64,000 nucleotides of DNA from an uncultured Candidatus Rokubacteria bacterium (GCA_963762145.1 CAVXJS010000007.1:96001-160000); one strand, 5' to 3'. Shown: positions 18,349 through 28,387, counted from the stretch's first letter. Numbers and translations: made by a program. Notes: a model not told the origin generated them from the sequence alone.

Positions 18349-19560
18349 TCACTCCGGACCCTCGACGGTGCCCGCCGCGATGAGCTCCGCGATCCGCGCG
18401 TCCTTGTAGCCGAGCACGTCGCGGAGCACCGCGCGCGTGTGCTGGCCCACGTGGTAGGCGGCCGGGCCCCGGGGATGGGTGGGGCGCCCGTCGAGGTGAT
18501 ACGGGCTGGCCGTCACGCGCAGCGAGGGCAGGCCGGGATGGGGCAGCACCGGGAAGAAGCCCCGCGTGGCCAGGTGCTCGGTGGCGATGACCTCCGCCGG
18601 GCGGAGCACCGGGGCGCAGGGGATGCGCGCGGCGGTGAGCACCGCGAGCGCCGCGTCCGTGCTCGGGAACGTGTCGAGCCACCCGGTGATGACCGAGCGC
18701 AGCTCACGCCAGTGCCGCCGGCGCGTGATCGCGGTGGTGAAGCGCGGGTCCTCGGCCAGCTCCGGCCGCTTCATGATCCCGAGGAGCCGCTGCCAGAGCC
18801 GCGGCGCCCCCACGATCTGCATGGCCATGTAGCGATCGCCGAGCTTGTGCACGATCATGCCCGGCCGCGGGTTGCCGTGCTCCTCGCCGCCGTTGAGCAC
18901 CGAGGCGTAGGTCACGCTGTCGGCGCCCACGAGCGCTTCCAGCATCGAGACGTCGAGATGCGCGCCCTGCCCGGTGCGGGCGCGCCGCCAGAGCGCGGCC
19001 ATGATCGCGCCCATCGCGTGGGCGGCGGCCAGGACGTCGGCGGCCTGGAGATTCGAGGCGCGGGGAGCGGCCTCGTCGCCCTGCTCGAGCGCCATCATGC
19101 CGGAGGCGGCGTTGATGATGTGGGCGAACGCGGGGCGTTCCCGCCACGGCCCGGTCTGCCCGAACCCCGAGATCGAGCAGTACACGATGTCGCGCTTCGC
19201 CGCGGCGACCGGCGGATAGTCGAGGCCGAGCTTGCCGGCCACGCCGGGTGCGAAGTTCTCGATGAACACGTCCGCGTGGCCCGCGAGCTCCAGGACCACG
19301 TCGCGGCCGTCGGGGCGGCTCAGATCCACCGCCACGCTCTCCTTGCCCGCGTTCACGCGCGCGAAGTAGGTGGACTGGTCGTCGCGCCCGGCCTCGATCT
19401 GGTGCGGGTTGCGACGCATCTCGTCGCCCTCGATCGGGCGCTCGATCTTGATGACCCGGGCCCCCAGGTCGGACAGCAGGCGCGTGCAGTAGGGGCCGGC
19501 GAGCACGCGGGTCAGATCCACGACCAGCAGGCCGTGCAGCGGCAGGGACGCTTCGCTCAC
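18349..19560 (-). CDS. Family III CoA transferase (CaiB/BaiF)
   Basis: DLTRVLAGPYC, LGARVIKIE, NAGKES, ADVFIENF.PG, SISGFGQTGP. Confidence 0.92.
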   Translation of the reverse strand: MSEASLPLHGLLVVDLTRVLAGPYCTRLLSDLGARVIKIERPIEGDEMRRNPHQIEAGRDDQSTYFARVNAGKESVAVDLSRPDGRDVVLELAGHADVFIENFAPGVAGKLGLDYPPVAAAKRDIVYCSISGFGQTGPWRERPAFAHIINAASGMMALEQGDEAAPRASNLQAADVLAAAHAMGAIMAALWRRARTGQGAHLDVSMLEALVGADSVTYASVLNGGEEHGNPRPGMIVHKLGDRYMAMQIVGAPRLWQRLLGIMKRPELAEDPRFTTAITRRRHWRELRSVITGWLDTFPSTDAALAVLTAARIPCAPVLRPAEVIATEHLATRGFFPVLPHPGLPSLRVTASPYHLDGRPTHPRGPAAYHVGQHTRAVLRDVLGYKDARIAELIAAGTVEGPE

Positions 19561-19593
19561 GAGTCGGGGGTCACGAGTGGGACGGCGCGCGCC

Positions 19594-20244
19594 TCAGGCG
19601 GACTGCACGAGGCCCGTCGGACAGGCGACGCCGGTGCCGCCCACGCCGCAGTAGCCCCACGGATTCTTGGCCAGGTACTGCTGGTGATAGTCCTCGGCGT
19701 AGTAGTACTCGGGCGCCTGCCGGATCTCGGTGGTGATCGGACCGTAGCCCGCCTTCTCGAGCACCGCCTGGTACGCCTTGCGCGAGGCCTCCGCGGCTTC
19801 CTGCTGGGCGGGCCCGTAGCAGTAGATGGCCGAGCGGTACTGCGTCCCCACGTCGTTGCCCTGGCGCATGCCCTGCGTCGGATCGTGGCCCTCCCAGAAG
19901 ACGCGCAGCAGCGACTCGTAGGACACCTTGGTCGGATCGAAGACGACGAGCACGACCTCGGCGTGGCCGGTGGCGCCGCTGCAGACCTCCTCGTAGGTCG
20001 GGTTCGGCGTGTGGCCGCCCGCGTAGCCGACGGAGGTGGAGTAGACGCCCGGGATCCCCCAGAACTTCTTCTCCTCGCCCCAGAAGCACCCCATGCCGAA
20101 GACGGCGCGCTCGGTGCCCTCCGGGAACGGAGGCTCGAGGCGCGCTCCGGTCACGAAGTGGCGCTCGGGGACCGGCATGCGCTCCTGGCGGCCGGGGAGC
20201 GCCTCGGCGGCCGACGGCAAACCGCGCTTCTTCGAACCGAACAT
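19594..20244 (-). CDS. msrA: Peptide-methionine (S)-S-oxide reductase
   Basis: [36 protein letters not shown]. Confidence 0.97.
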   Translation of the reverse strand: MFGSKKRGLPSAAEALPGRQERMPVPERHFVTGARLEPPFPEGTERAVFGMGCFWGEEKKFWGIPGVYSTSVGYAGGHTPNPTYEEVCSGATGHAEVVLVVFDPTKVSYESLLRVFWEGHDPTQGMRQGNDVGTQYRSAIYCYGPAQQEAAEASRKAYQAVLEKAGYGPITTEIRQAPEYYYAEDYHQQYLAKNPWGYCGVGGTGVACPTGLVQSA

Positions 20245-20313
20245 GGTCTGTCCTCCTCCCGGTAGAGCCTACATCAGGGCGGCCGCCGAGGCCACTCTGC
20301 TATGCTCGTCGGC

Positions 20314-21252
20314 ATGAGCGAGCGCGACTGGAACTGGGCGCGGCAGCTGCACGGGATCGTTCCCCCGCTGATCTCGCCGCTGGACGACGCGGGCGCGACG
20401 GACGCGGGGGCCATGGCCGCGCTGGTGGACCACGTGATCGGCGGCGGTTGCTCCGGCCTGTTCATGCTGGGCGGCTGCGGCGAGGGCGCCTGGCTGACCA
20501 CCGCGCAGCGCGGGGCGGTGGTGCGGGCGGCCGCCCGCGCCGCCACCGGGCGCGCCCCGGTGCTGGCGGGCGTGATGCTGCCCGCCACCGGGCCCGCCGT
20601 CGAGGCCGCCCGCCAGGCCGCGGGCGAGGGCGCGGACGCGCTCGTGGTCGGCTCGCCCTACTACTTCGGGGTGGAGTCCGCCGCGCAGGAGCGGCACGTG
20701 GAAGCGGTGCTGGCCGCCACGCCGCTGCCCGCCCTCCTCTACAACATTCCGCAGTGCACGCACCACGTGTTGCCCGCCGACACGGTGGGGCGCCTGGCCC
20801 GGGATCCGCGCGTGCTCGGCATCAAGGACTCGGCGGGCGATTTCGAGGCGTTTCAGAAGCTGCTCGCGGTCAAGCGAGAGCACCCGCGCTTCCGCGTGCT
20901 GCAGGGCCACGAGTCGCTCGCCGCCGCGAGCCTCCTGCAGGGCGGCGACGGCATGGTGCCGGGCATGGCCAACCTCGCGCCGGCGCTCTTCGTCCGCCTG
21001 CAGGCCGCCGCCGACCGCGGCGCGGCGGCGGAGTGCGCGGAGCTGCAGCGGCAGGTCACCGCGATCGCGCGGATCTACCCGCAGGGGCCGTGGCTGTCCG
21101 CGCTGAAGGCGGCGTGCGCGATGCTCGGGCTGGGCAACGGCCGCCCGGCGCCGCCCCTCGCGCCCGCCGGGCCCGCCGCCCGCGAGGCGATCGCGGCCCT
21201 CCTGGCCGAGGCGGGCCTGGGCGCGGCCGCGGACGTCGCCCGCGCCCGGTGA
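20314..21252 (+). CDS. Dihydrodipicolinate synthase family protein
   Basis: GIVPPLISP, GGCGEG, LYNIP, GIKDSAGD; probably leaderless (TATGCT 7 nt before ATG). Confidence 0.85.
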   Translation: MSERDWNWARQLHGIVPPLISPLDDAGATDAGAMAALVDHVIGGGCSGLFMLGGCGEGAWLTTAQRGAVVRAAARAATGRAPVLAGVMLPATGPAVEAARQAAGEGADALVVGSPYYFGVESAAQERHVEAVLAATPLPALLYNIPQCTHHVLPADTVGRLARDPRVLGIKDSAGDFEAFQKLLAVKREHPRFRVLQGHESLAAASLLQGGDGMVPGMANLAPALFVRLQAAADRGAAAECAELQRQVTAIARIYPQGPWLSALKAACAMLGLGNGRPAPPLAPAGPAAREAIAALLAEAGLGAAADVARAR

Positions 21253-21887
21253 AGGTCCAGGCCGTCGTCTTCGACATGGACGGCGTGCTCGTGGACTCGG
21301 AGCCCTTCGGCTTCGAGGCACTGCGCCGGGTGATGGCCCGCTACGGGCTCGGGTACTCGGAGGAAGAGAACGCGGAGTTTCTCGGCCGCACCACGCTCGA
21401 GTCGTGCCGCATCCTGAAGGCCCGCCACGCGCTGCCGGACTCGGCGGAGGCGCTCGCCGGATTCTACATCGATGGCATGCTCGAGCAGATCGGGAACGGC
21501 CCGATCCCCATGCCGGGCGTGCCCCACGTGCTGGAGCGGGTGCGGGCCGCGGGATACCGCCTGGCCCTGGCCTCGTCCGCGGAGGTGCGGGTGATCCAGG
21601 CCAATCTCACCGCGCTCGCGCTCGCGCCGCTCTTCGAGGCGGTGGTCTCCGGCACCCAGGTGGCGCGCGGCAAGCCCGCCCCCGACGTGTTCCTCGCCGC
21701 GGCCGAGCGGCTCGCGGTCGCGCCCGATCGGTGCCTCGTCATCGAGGACTCGCGCAACGGCCTGCTGGCGGCCAAGGCGGCGGGCATGGCCTGCGCGGTG
21801 GTGCCGTGCGCGCACACCCGTCACCAGGATTTCCGCGAGGCGGACCATCGCCTGGCCGCGCTTCCCGATCTCCTGACGCTCCTCTAG
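21249..21887 (+). CDS. HAD-superfamily phosphatase (beta-PGM/CbbY-like)
   Basis: FDMDGVLVD, ASS, GKPAPD, IEDS motifs; GTGA overlap. Confidence 0.9.
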   Translation: MKVQAVVFDMDGVLVDSEPFGFEALRRVMARYGLGYSEEENAEFLGRTTLESCRILKARHALPDSAEALAGFYIDGMLEQIGNGPIPMPGVPHVLERVRAAGYRLALASSAEVRVIQANLTALALAPLFEAVVSGTQVARGKPAPDVFLAAAERLAVAPDRCLVIEDSRNGLLAAKAAGMACAVVPCAHTRHQDFREADHRLAALPDLLTLL

Positions 21888-21893
21888 CTTTTC

Positions 21894-21962
21894 GCAGGCC
21901 GCTCAAAAAGGTCCAGATGCGAGGGCGCCAACGAAGCAGATGGGCCTTTTTCAGCAGCCGGC
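21894..21962. repeat. Short imperfect inverted-repeat element (MITE remnant or bidirectional terminator)
   Basis: GCAGGCCGCTCAAAAAGGTCCAGATGC ... GCAGATGGGCCTTTTTCAGCAGCCGGC between convergent genes; related copy at 25146. Confidence 0.65.
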
Positions 21963-22678
21963 TAGATCTGCTTGAGGAGGAAGGCGGCGCGGCTCATCCG
22001 CCGCTCGATCGCCGCGACGTAGCGGCGATAGGCCGCGCTGGTCGCGCCGGGATGCCACCCGCTCGGATTCGGCAGCGCGGCGGCAAGCTGGGCCGCCTCG
22101 CCGTCGTCGAGATCCGCGGGCGCCTTGCCGAAGTAGTGCTGGCTCGCCGCGCCCACCCCGTAGACGCCCGGCCCGAGCTCGACCACGTTCAGATACAGCT
22201 CGAGAATGCGCCGCTTGGAGAGCGCGCGCTCGAGCTGCCAGGTCAGGAGCGCTTCCTTGCCCTTGCGCAGCGGATTGCGTGACGGAGAGAGCCAGAGGTT
22301 CTTGGCGAGCTGCTGGGTGATGGTGGACGCCCCGCGCGGCAGCTCGCGGTCGCGCAGCGCGTCCTCGAGGGCGTTCTGCATCTCGGTGAGCGCGAAGCCG
22401 CGGTGGGAGAAGAAGCCGATGTCCTCGGCCACCAGCACCGCGCGCTTGAGCGCGGGCGAGATCGCGGCGTACGGCGTCCAGGTCCAGGCGACGCGGGCGG
22501 GCCGGCCCGCGGCGCGCTGCTGGGCGCGGTAGCGCTCGATGAACGCGGTGGTCGCGGGACGCTCGGTGGCGAGGCGGGCCACCGCGGGCCAGCGCCAGAT
22601 CTCGACCCCGATCCAGATCGCGACCGCCAGCAGCACGAAGGCGGCCAGCCGGCCCGCCCATCCCCGTCGCCTGCGCAT
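21962..22678 (-). CDS. mtgA: Monofunctional biosynthetic peptidoglycan transglycosylase
   Basis: AED..FF.HRGF, RGASTITQQLAKNL, RKGKEA, ILELYLN..E.G.GVYG. Confidence 0.93.
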   Translation of the reverse strand: MRRRRGWAGRLAAFVLLAVAIWIGVEIWRWPAVARLATERPATTAFIERYRAQQRAAGRPARVAWTWTPYAAISPALKRAVLVAEDIGFFSHRGFALTEMQNALEDALRDRELPRGASTITQQLAKNLWLSPSRNPLRKGKEALLTWQLERALSKRRILELYLNVVELGPGVYGVGAASQHYFGKAPADLDDGEAAQLAAALPNPSGWHPGATSAAYRRYVAAIERRMSRAAFLLKQI

Positions 22679-22701
22679 GGCCCATGGTATCGTGGTGGGC
22701 C

Positions 22702-23868
22702 GTGGACGCCCTCAAGCAAGGCATCGCGGAGTCGGTGGACGGGCTGGGCGACGAGCTCGCCGCGCTGTCGTCTCGGATCCACGCCCATCCCGAGCTGGCC
22801 TTCGAGGAGCGGCGCGCCTGCGGCTGGGTCGGCGAGTTCCTCGCCCGGCAGGGCTTCCAGGTGGAGACGGGCGTCGGCGGCGTCGAGACCGCGTTTCGCG
22901 CGACCCTCGACGCGGGCCCGGGGCCCACGCTCGCGATCCTCTGCGAGTACGACGCGCTGCCCGGCATCGGCCACGCCTGCGGGCACAACGTCATCGCCGC
23001 GGCGGGCGCCGGCGCGGGCGCCGCGCTGATGGCGGTGCGCGACCGCCTGCCGGGCGGGCGCATCCAGGTGATCGGCACGCCCGCCGAGGAGCGGGGCGGG
23101 GGCAAGGGCGTGCTCGTGGGCGCGGGCGTCTTCGAGGGCGTGGACGCCGCGATGATGATCCACGGCTTCGATCGCACCCTGCTCCACCAGGACCTGCTCG
23201 GCGTCGTACGCGTGACGTTCGAGTGGGCGGGCCGCGCCGCCCACGCGTCGACCGATCCCTGGGAGGGCGTGAACGCCCTCGACGCCTGCGTCGCGACCTT
23301 CAACGCGGTGGCCATGCTTCGCCAGCAGATGCGGCCCGACTGCCGCATCCACGGTGTCGTCGCGGATGGGGGCGCCGCCGCCAACATCATCCCGGAGCGC
23401 GCGGTCGCCGACTTCAACGTGCGCGGCCCGAGCCTCGACGCGATGTGGGCGCTCTACCGGCGCGTGGTGGCCGCCGCGGAGGCCGCGGCCACCGCCACGT
23501 CCACCCGGCTCACCGCCTTCCAGCACCCCGACGTCTACGAGCCGCTGCGGTGCAACCGGGCGCTCAACGAGGTCTTCGCGGGTAACCTGGCCGCCGCCGG
23601 GCTGGCCGAAGGCCCGGCCGCGCCCGATCGCCTCGCCTCCTCGGATATCGGCAACGTGAGCCAGGTCACGCCGACCATCCATGCCTGGGTGGCCATCGCG
23701 CCCCTGGGGACCGCGATCCACACCCGCGAGTTCGCCGCCGCCGCGGCGGCGCCGGGCGCGCGGGCGGGACTGCTCGCGGGCGCCAAGCTCATGGCGCTCA
23801 GCGCGGCGGATCTGCTCGCCGCGCCGTCCCGGCTCGCGGCCGTGAAGGAGGAGTTCCGGCGCCGGTGA
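22702..23868 (+). CDS. M20 family amidohydrolase (AbgB-like)
   Basis: HPELAFEE, EYDALPGIGHACGHN, GTPAEE, ASSDIGNVS. Confidence 0.9.
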   Translation: MDALKQGIAESVDGLGDELAALSSRIHAHPELAFEERRACGWVGEFLARQGFQVETGVGGVETAFRATLDAGPGPTLAILCEYDALPGIGHACGHNVIAAAGAGAGAALMAVRDRLPGGRIQVIGTPAEERGGGKGVLVGAGVFEGVDAAMMIHGFDRTLLHQDLLGVVRVTFEWAGRAAHASTDPWEGVNALDACVATFNAVAMLRQQMRPDCRIHGVVADGGAAANIIPERAVADFNVRGPSLDAMWALYRRVVAAAEAAATATSTRLTAFQHPDVYEPLRCNRALNEVFAGNLAAAGLAEGPAAPDRLASSDIGNVSQVTPTIHAWVAIAPLGTAIHTREFAAAAAAPGARAGLLAGAKLMALSAADLLAAPSRLAAVKEEFRRR

Positions 23869-25202
23869 AGAGCCGGCTCGCGCTCTGGGCGGTGGCGGCG
23901 GTTCTCACGGTCGCCGTCGTCGGCCTCAGCTTGCGCTTCGTGGATCCGTTCCCACCCACCCGGATCGTGCTGGCCACCGGTCAGCCGGGCGGCGCTTACG
24001 ACGCGTTCGGCCGCGAGTACCAGCGGCGCCTCGAGCGGGAAGGCCTGCGCGTGGAGCTCCGGCCGTCCGCGGGCTCCGTCGAGAACCTGGAGCGGTTGAT
24101 GCGCGGCGAGGTGGACGTGGCCTTCGTGCAGGGCGGCACGTACCCGCTCGCCAAGGACGTGGACGGCCGGCTGCGCGGGCTGGCCGCGCTCTACCGCGAG
24201 CCGCTCTGGATCTTCCATCGCGGCAAGACGCTCAGGGATGATCTGGGCGGCTTGGCCGGCCGCCGCGTCGCGGTCGGCGCGCCCGGCAGCGGCACCGAGG
24301 CCATCACGCGGGCGCTGCTCGAGGCGGTCGGCCTGCCCGCCACGGGCCCGAATCTCCTGAGCCTGCCCGCGGCCGAGGCGCGCGCGCAGCTCGAGAGCGG
24401 CGCGATCGACGCGGCCTTCTTCGTGTCCTCCTACCGCGACACGAACGTCGCGGCGCTGTTGCGCCGGCCCGACGTCCACCTGCTGAGCGTTCAGCGCGAA
24501 GCCGCCTTCGCCGGCAACTTTCGCTATCTCTCCGCGGTGCGGATCCCCCCGGGGCTGCTCGATCTCAAGGCCGACCTGCCGAGGGAGCCGATCACGGTGA
24601 TGGCGCCCGCGGCGCTGCTGGTCGGCCGCGAGACCCTCCATCCCCGCGCGGTCGAGCAGATCCTCTCGGTGGCCCAGGCGGTGCACGGCGGAGGGAGCCT
24701 GCTCGATCCGCCCGGGCGGTTTCCCACGCGCGAGGGCGTGGACGTCCCCCTGCACGACGCGGCGGATTCCTACCTGGTGCGCGGAGAGTCGTTTCTCTCC
24801 CGCGTCCTGCCCTATTGGGCGCTCCGGTGGGTGCTGCAGCTCCGCCTGCTCCTGCTGCCCCTGGTCGCGATCTGGGTGCCGCTCTTCAAGATCCTGCCGT
24901 GGCTGCTGAGGTGGCGCGGCAACCGGGTGATCGAGCGGCACTATGCGCTGCTGCGAGCCACGGAGGCCGCCGTCGCGACGGCGCCGGGGCCGGACGCGCT
25001 CCGACGGGAAGTCGAGCAGCTCGAGTCACTGCGCCGCCAGGTCGAGGGCCTGGCCCAGAGCCTCTCGCTGCCGCACCAGCGCGACGTCTATCACTGCCGC
25101 ATGCACGTCGCGCTCGCGCTGGAGGAAGCCCGCGCCCGCCTCGGGGGTGCGGAAAAAGGCCCATCGGCCTCGCTGGGACCCTCGGCCGCACGCTCAACGT
25201 AG
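23865..25202 (+). CDS. TAXI-family TRAP solute-binding protein with N- and C-terminal membrane anchors
   Basis: ATGQPGGAY, SAGSVENL, DVAFVQGG, LYREPLW, GAPGSGT; C-terminal TM. Confidence 0.85.
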   Translation: MKSRLALWAVAAVLTVAVVGLSLRFVDPFPPTRIVLATGQPGGAYDAFGREYQRRLEREGLRVELRPSAGSVENLERLMRGEVDVAFVQGGTYPLAKDVDGRLRGLAALYREPLWIFHRGKTLRDDLGGLAGRRVAVGAPGSGTEAITRALLEAVGLPATGPNLLSLPAAEARAQLESGAIDAAFFVSSYRDTNVAALLRRPDVHLLSVQREAAFAGNFRYLSAVRIPPGLLDLKADLPREPITVMAPAALLVGRETLHPRAVEQILSVAQAVHGGGSLLDPPGRFPTREGVDVPLHDAADSYLVRGESFLSRVLPYWALRWVLQLRLLLLPLVAIWVPLFKILPWLLRWRGNRVIERHYALLRATEAAVATAPGPDALRREVEQLESLRRQVEGLAQSLSLPHQRDVYHCRMHVALALEEARARLGGAEKGPSASLGPSAARST

Positions 25203-25231
25203 GCCCTCGGACCTGGACGGTCGGGACGCGT

Positions 25232-25867
25232 CTAGCGGTGGCGACCGCGGGCGGAGATCACGCCCGCGCGCGAGGAGCGGAAGCGCCGGCGGGCGCGGCG
25301 CCGAGCAACCTGGCGATGGGCCCGATCGCCGACGAACACGAGGCCCAGGCCGATACAGAAGCCGGCGAGCCCGATCCAGACCGCGGGCAGACTGCCGACC
25401 AGCCGCACCCCGAGCATCTCGACCGTCCGCTCGCCGCCGCTGCCCGCGGAGCCGGCCAGGCGCGTGCCGGCTACGACGAAGGAGAGCAAGGTGGCCAGCG
25501 GCAGGATCACGCCCTGCACCCCGATGGCCAGGCAGGCCCGCGTCATGGCCCGGCGCAGCAGCGGGGCGCGCCCGATGAACAGCATCGCGACCACCGACGC
25601 CACCGCCCAGATCGCGACGATCTCGGGCCTGGCCAACGTGCCGGGCTTGCCCGCGTTGACGACGGTGGCGACCACGAGCAGCGACGCCGCGCCCGCCGCG
25701 GTCCCGCCGACCAGGGTCGCGACGGCCTTCGCGAGACGGCGCGGCCAGCGCGGCCGGCTTCGGCGCAACCCCGTGGGCGTTTCCCTGAGGAGCAGCCGCC
25801 AGAGCACGAGGCTGGCGACCAGGTAGACGACGAGGCCGACCAGCACCAGGGCATTGGTGCCGGGCAT
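25232..25867 (-). CDS. Hypothetical membrane protein
   Basis: About 5 hydrophobic segments; follows the repeat-protein gene closely. Confidence 0.6.
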   Translation of the reverse strand: MPGTNALVLVGLVVYLVASLVLWRLLLRETPTGLRRSRPRWPRRLAKAVATLVGGTAAGAASLLVVATVVNAGKPGTLARPEIVAIWAVASVVAMLFIGRAPLLRRAMTRACLAIGVQGVILPLATLLSFVVAGTRLAGSAGSGGERTVEMLGVRLVGSLPAVWIGLAGFCIGLGLVFVGDRAHRQVARRRARRRFRSSRAGVISARGRHR

Positions 25868-25872
25868 GCGGG

Positions 25873-26712
25873 CTAGGGGGCCTTCCAGATCACCCGTTCG
25901 GAGGCGTCGCCGAGGGCCAGTCTCGGCACGCCGCCCTGCTGCAGGAGCATCGCCACGCGCTGCTTGCCGTCACGATCGTGCAGGCTGAGGAATGGAAGCT
26001 GGAAGTCCGCGCTCACGCGCAGCCAGAGCCGTCCCTTGCCTGCGGTGTCGCTGAGATTGAGCGTGGGCTGCCCGTCGCCGGTGACCGCGAGCATGGCGCG
26101 GCCGTTGCCGTCGACGTCGTAGAGCCACAGCGCGGGCGCCCCCGCCGGCTCCGTCCCCATCGCGCTGCGTCGCCGGCCGTTGCGGTCGTAGAGCGTGAGC
26201 CCGGTCGCGCCCTCGGCGGTGAGGGCGAGCAGCGACCGGGGGCGGCCGCCCTGGTCCAGCAGGGCGAGGCTGGGGCGGCCGTCGCTGTGTGACTTGAGCT
26301 CCACGCGGGGCCGGTCGGTCTGGTCGAGCAGGGTGAGCAGGGCCGAACCGTCCGCGCGCACGCCCAGGCCCGCGCGCAGGTGCCCGGCGCGGTCGGAGAG
26401 GTCGACGGCCGCCTGGCCGGGCGCGGTGACGCTCAGCACCGCGCGGTCCTGCTGGGTGTCGTCGGCCAGCGCCAGGACCGCGGTGCCGTCCGGGCGCAGG
26501 CCGAGGGTGGCCCGCACGTTGCCCGCGTTGTCGCGGAGCACGAAGCGCTCGGCCTCGAGCGTGTTGGCCACCGGGGCGGGGGCGGTCTGGCCCATCACGG
26601 TCAGGGCGCCGAGTCCGAGCAGCACGAGGCCGCCCAGGAGCTTGAGCCGCCGGTTCTCGCGCTCCAGGCGATCGAGCCGTCGCGTGAGGTGGTCGGAGAT
26701 GGGTTCGCTCAC
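25873..26712 (-). CDS. Membrane-anchored protein with about ten 23-aa beta repeats
   Basis: AGGAGG RBS and GTG; coiled coil (RLDRLERENRRLK), TM, repeats L.L.D..G..R..L....G; ends WKAP. Confidence 0.75.
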   Translation of the reverse strand: MSEPISDHLTRRLDRLERENRRLKLLGGLVLLGLGALTVMGQTAPAPVANTLEAERFVLRDNAGNVRATLGLRPDGTAVLALADDTQQDRAVLSVTAPGQAAVDLSDRAGHLRAGLGVRADGSALLTLLDQTDRPRVELKSHSDGRPSLALLDQGGRPRSLLALTAEGATGLTLYDRNGRRRSAMGTEPAGAPALWLYDVDGNGRAMLAVTGDGQPTLNLSDTAGKGRLWLRVSADFQLPFLSLHDRDGKQRVAMLLQQGGVPRLALGDASERVIWKAP

Positions 26713-26723
26713 GTCGAGTCCTC

Positions 26724-27008
26724 CTACTTCTGGTCTTTCTTCTCGTCGGGGCCGGTGGACGCCTGCATCGTGACCTTGTCGCCCACGATGAGAAAGACCA
26801 CGGTTCCGTTCGAGGCGTTGTAGGTCCACTGCTCCACCGGGCCCAGCTTGCTGATGTCGGTCGGCTTGCCGAGCGCCCGCTCCAGCTCCGCGCGGGTGGC
26901 GACGCCGCGCGATTTCTGGATGAGATCCTCCTTGCTGCGGCTGCACCCCACGAGAAGACCGGCCGCGAGCAGCGTACAGACCAGCAGCCCCGCCCATGCT
27001 CGGATCAT
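26724..27008 (-). CDS. Small lipoprotein (BamE/SmpA-like fold possible)
   Basis: AAGGAGG RBS; LVGC lipobox; T.AELERALGKP...EQWTY pattern. Confidence 0.7.
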   Translation of the reverse strand: MIRAWAGLLVCTLLAAGLLVGCSRSKEDLIQKSRGVATRAELERALGKPTDISKLGPVEQWTYNASNGTVVFLIVGDKVTMQASTGPDEKKDQK

Positions 27009-27143
27009 CGCGTCCCTCCTTGAGCTACGGGCCGTCCCGGGAGCGTGGTCGGCCGTTCCGGCTGCCCGAGTCTATCAGAGTGCTCGGCGGCCGCGGGGGC
27101 GGGCGCGCGCTACGGCCGCGCGCGCCCGGGCGGTCTCGGCGGG

Positions 27144-27821
27144 CTACGGGTTCTTCGGGGCGGGGGCGACGGGCGGAGTGACGACGGCGGGAGTCACCAC
27201 GGCGGGTGCCGCGACGGGCGTCGCGGAACGGCCGCGCATCTCGGCGTACTTCGCCTTCAGGTCGCGGATCAGGGCCGCGAACGACGAGCTCCGGATGATC
27301 CGATCGAACTGCCCTCGATAGTTCGCCACGAAGCTCACGCCGGAGACCGCGACGTCGTAGACCACCCAGCGGCCGCCGACCTGGTGGAGACGGTAGTCCA
27401 CCGGAACCTCCGCGCCGCGTCCGGTCACGATCTTGGAGCGGACGGTGGCGAACTCGCCATCCACGTGCTCGCTCAGGTACACGACCTGCTCGCCCGCGTA
27501 GCTCTCGAGCCGTCCGATGTAGGCGCGGCCGAGGAGCTGCTTGAACACCGTGACGAACTCGGCCTGCTCCTGCGGGGTGCGGTCGCGCCAGTGCAGCGCC
27601 AGCGAGCGGCGAGACATCTCCTGGAAGTCGAAGAGGCGATCGGCGATGCGCTGGACCTCGGCCCGCCGCTGCTCCAGGGGAAGGGCCGCGGCGAGCTGCC
27701 CATCCTGGACGATCTGCAAGACTTGCTCGGTGGCCGCCTGCACGACCTGGGTCGGGCTCGTTTCGGGTTGCGCTCCGCTGCCCGCCGCGAGCAGGAGCCA
27801 CATCGCCAGTGCCTTTTGCAT
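27144..27821 (-). CDS. MlaC/Ttg2D-family phospholipid-binding periplasmic protein
   Basis: FDF.EMSRR.L..HW, EF...F..LL...Y, VDYRL, WVVYDVAVSGVSFV.NYR.QF. Confidence 0.88.
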   Translation of the reverse strand: MQKALAMWLLLAAGSGAQPETSPTQVVQAATEQVLQIVQDGQLAAALPLEQRRAEVQRIADRLFDFQEMSRRSLALHWRDRTPQEQAEFVTVFKQLLGRAYIGRLESYAGEQVVYLSEHVDGEFATVRSKIVTGRGAEVPVDYRLHQVGGRWVVYDVAVSGVSFVANYRGQFDRIIRSSSFAALIRDLKAKYAEMRGRSATPVAAPAVVTPAVVTPPVAPAPKNP

Positions 27822-27889
27822 GATTCCCCCTGGGGCACCTGCGCCGGTGGACCGGACGCACGGTCGCTGCTCTCCCCGCGGGAAGACAG

Positions 27890-27905
27890 AGCATGGCGCA
27901 TGCCA
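27890..27905 (-). promoter_or_regulatory. Putative sigma54 -24/-12 promoter for the MlaC-like gene
   Basis: TGGCATGCGCCATGCT (GG-N10-GC). Confidence 0.55.
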
Positions 27906-28005
27906 GGCAAGCTGCCGGCTAACCGGCTGGATTTGTGGTCCGCCGCCGGGCCGCGGCGTGATGCGACTCGTCAGCGGCAGGACGCTCGTCAGGAGCCGGA
28001 CGGGA

Positions 28006-28387
28006 TCAGGAAACGAACGCGGCCAGGCTCTCCCGTACGAGGTTCTGCAGCGCCGACGACGTCGAACGGCTTGGTGAGGATCGGCACCGTGAGGTCTCCG
28101 AGGAGGCCGGCATAGTCGGTGTGCTCGGAGGTGCCGGTGATGAAGACGAAGCGGCGGGCCAGCTCGGGCCGGTTCTGCTCCAGCTCCCGGTACAGACCGA
28201 GCCCGTCGAGCCCGGGCATGCGCAGATCGCTGAGGATGAGGTCGTACGCGTGGCGGTCGATGCGCTCGAGCGCAACGAGACCGTCCGACGCCGTATCCAC
28301 GTCGTATCCGTCACCGCCCAGCACGTCGGTGATGAGCTGCGCGATGATGGGCTCGTCGTCCACCACGAGAATTCTGGGAGCGGCCAT
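28006..28387 (-). CDS. Single-domain response regulator (probable 1-nt frameshift near 28060)
   Basis: ILVVDDE, DLILSDLRMPG.DG, FITG, LTKPFD; a natural-looking end SALQNLVRESLAAFVS* lies in another frame. Confidence 0.8.

Noticed and set aside
18289-18351. TGA readthrough or selenocysteine linking the CoA transferase to the DUF6665-like ORF (same frame after the stop)
   Set aside because: No redox motif or evident SECIS hairpin; the paralog ends at the same position; an indel after ATG 18335 explains it more simply
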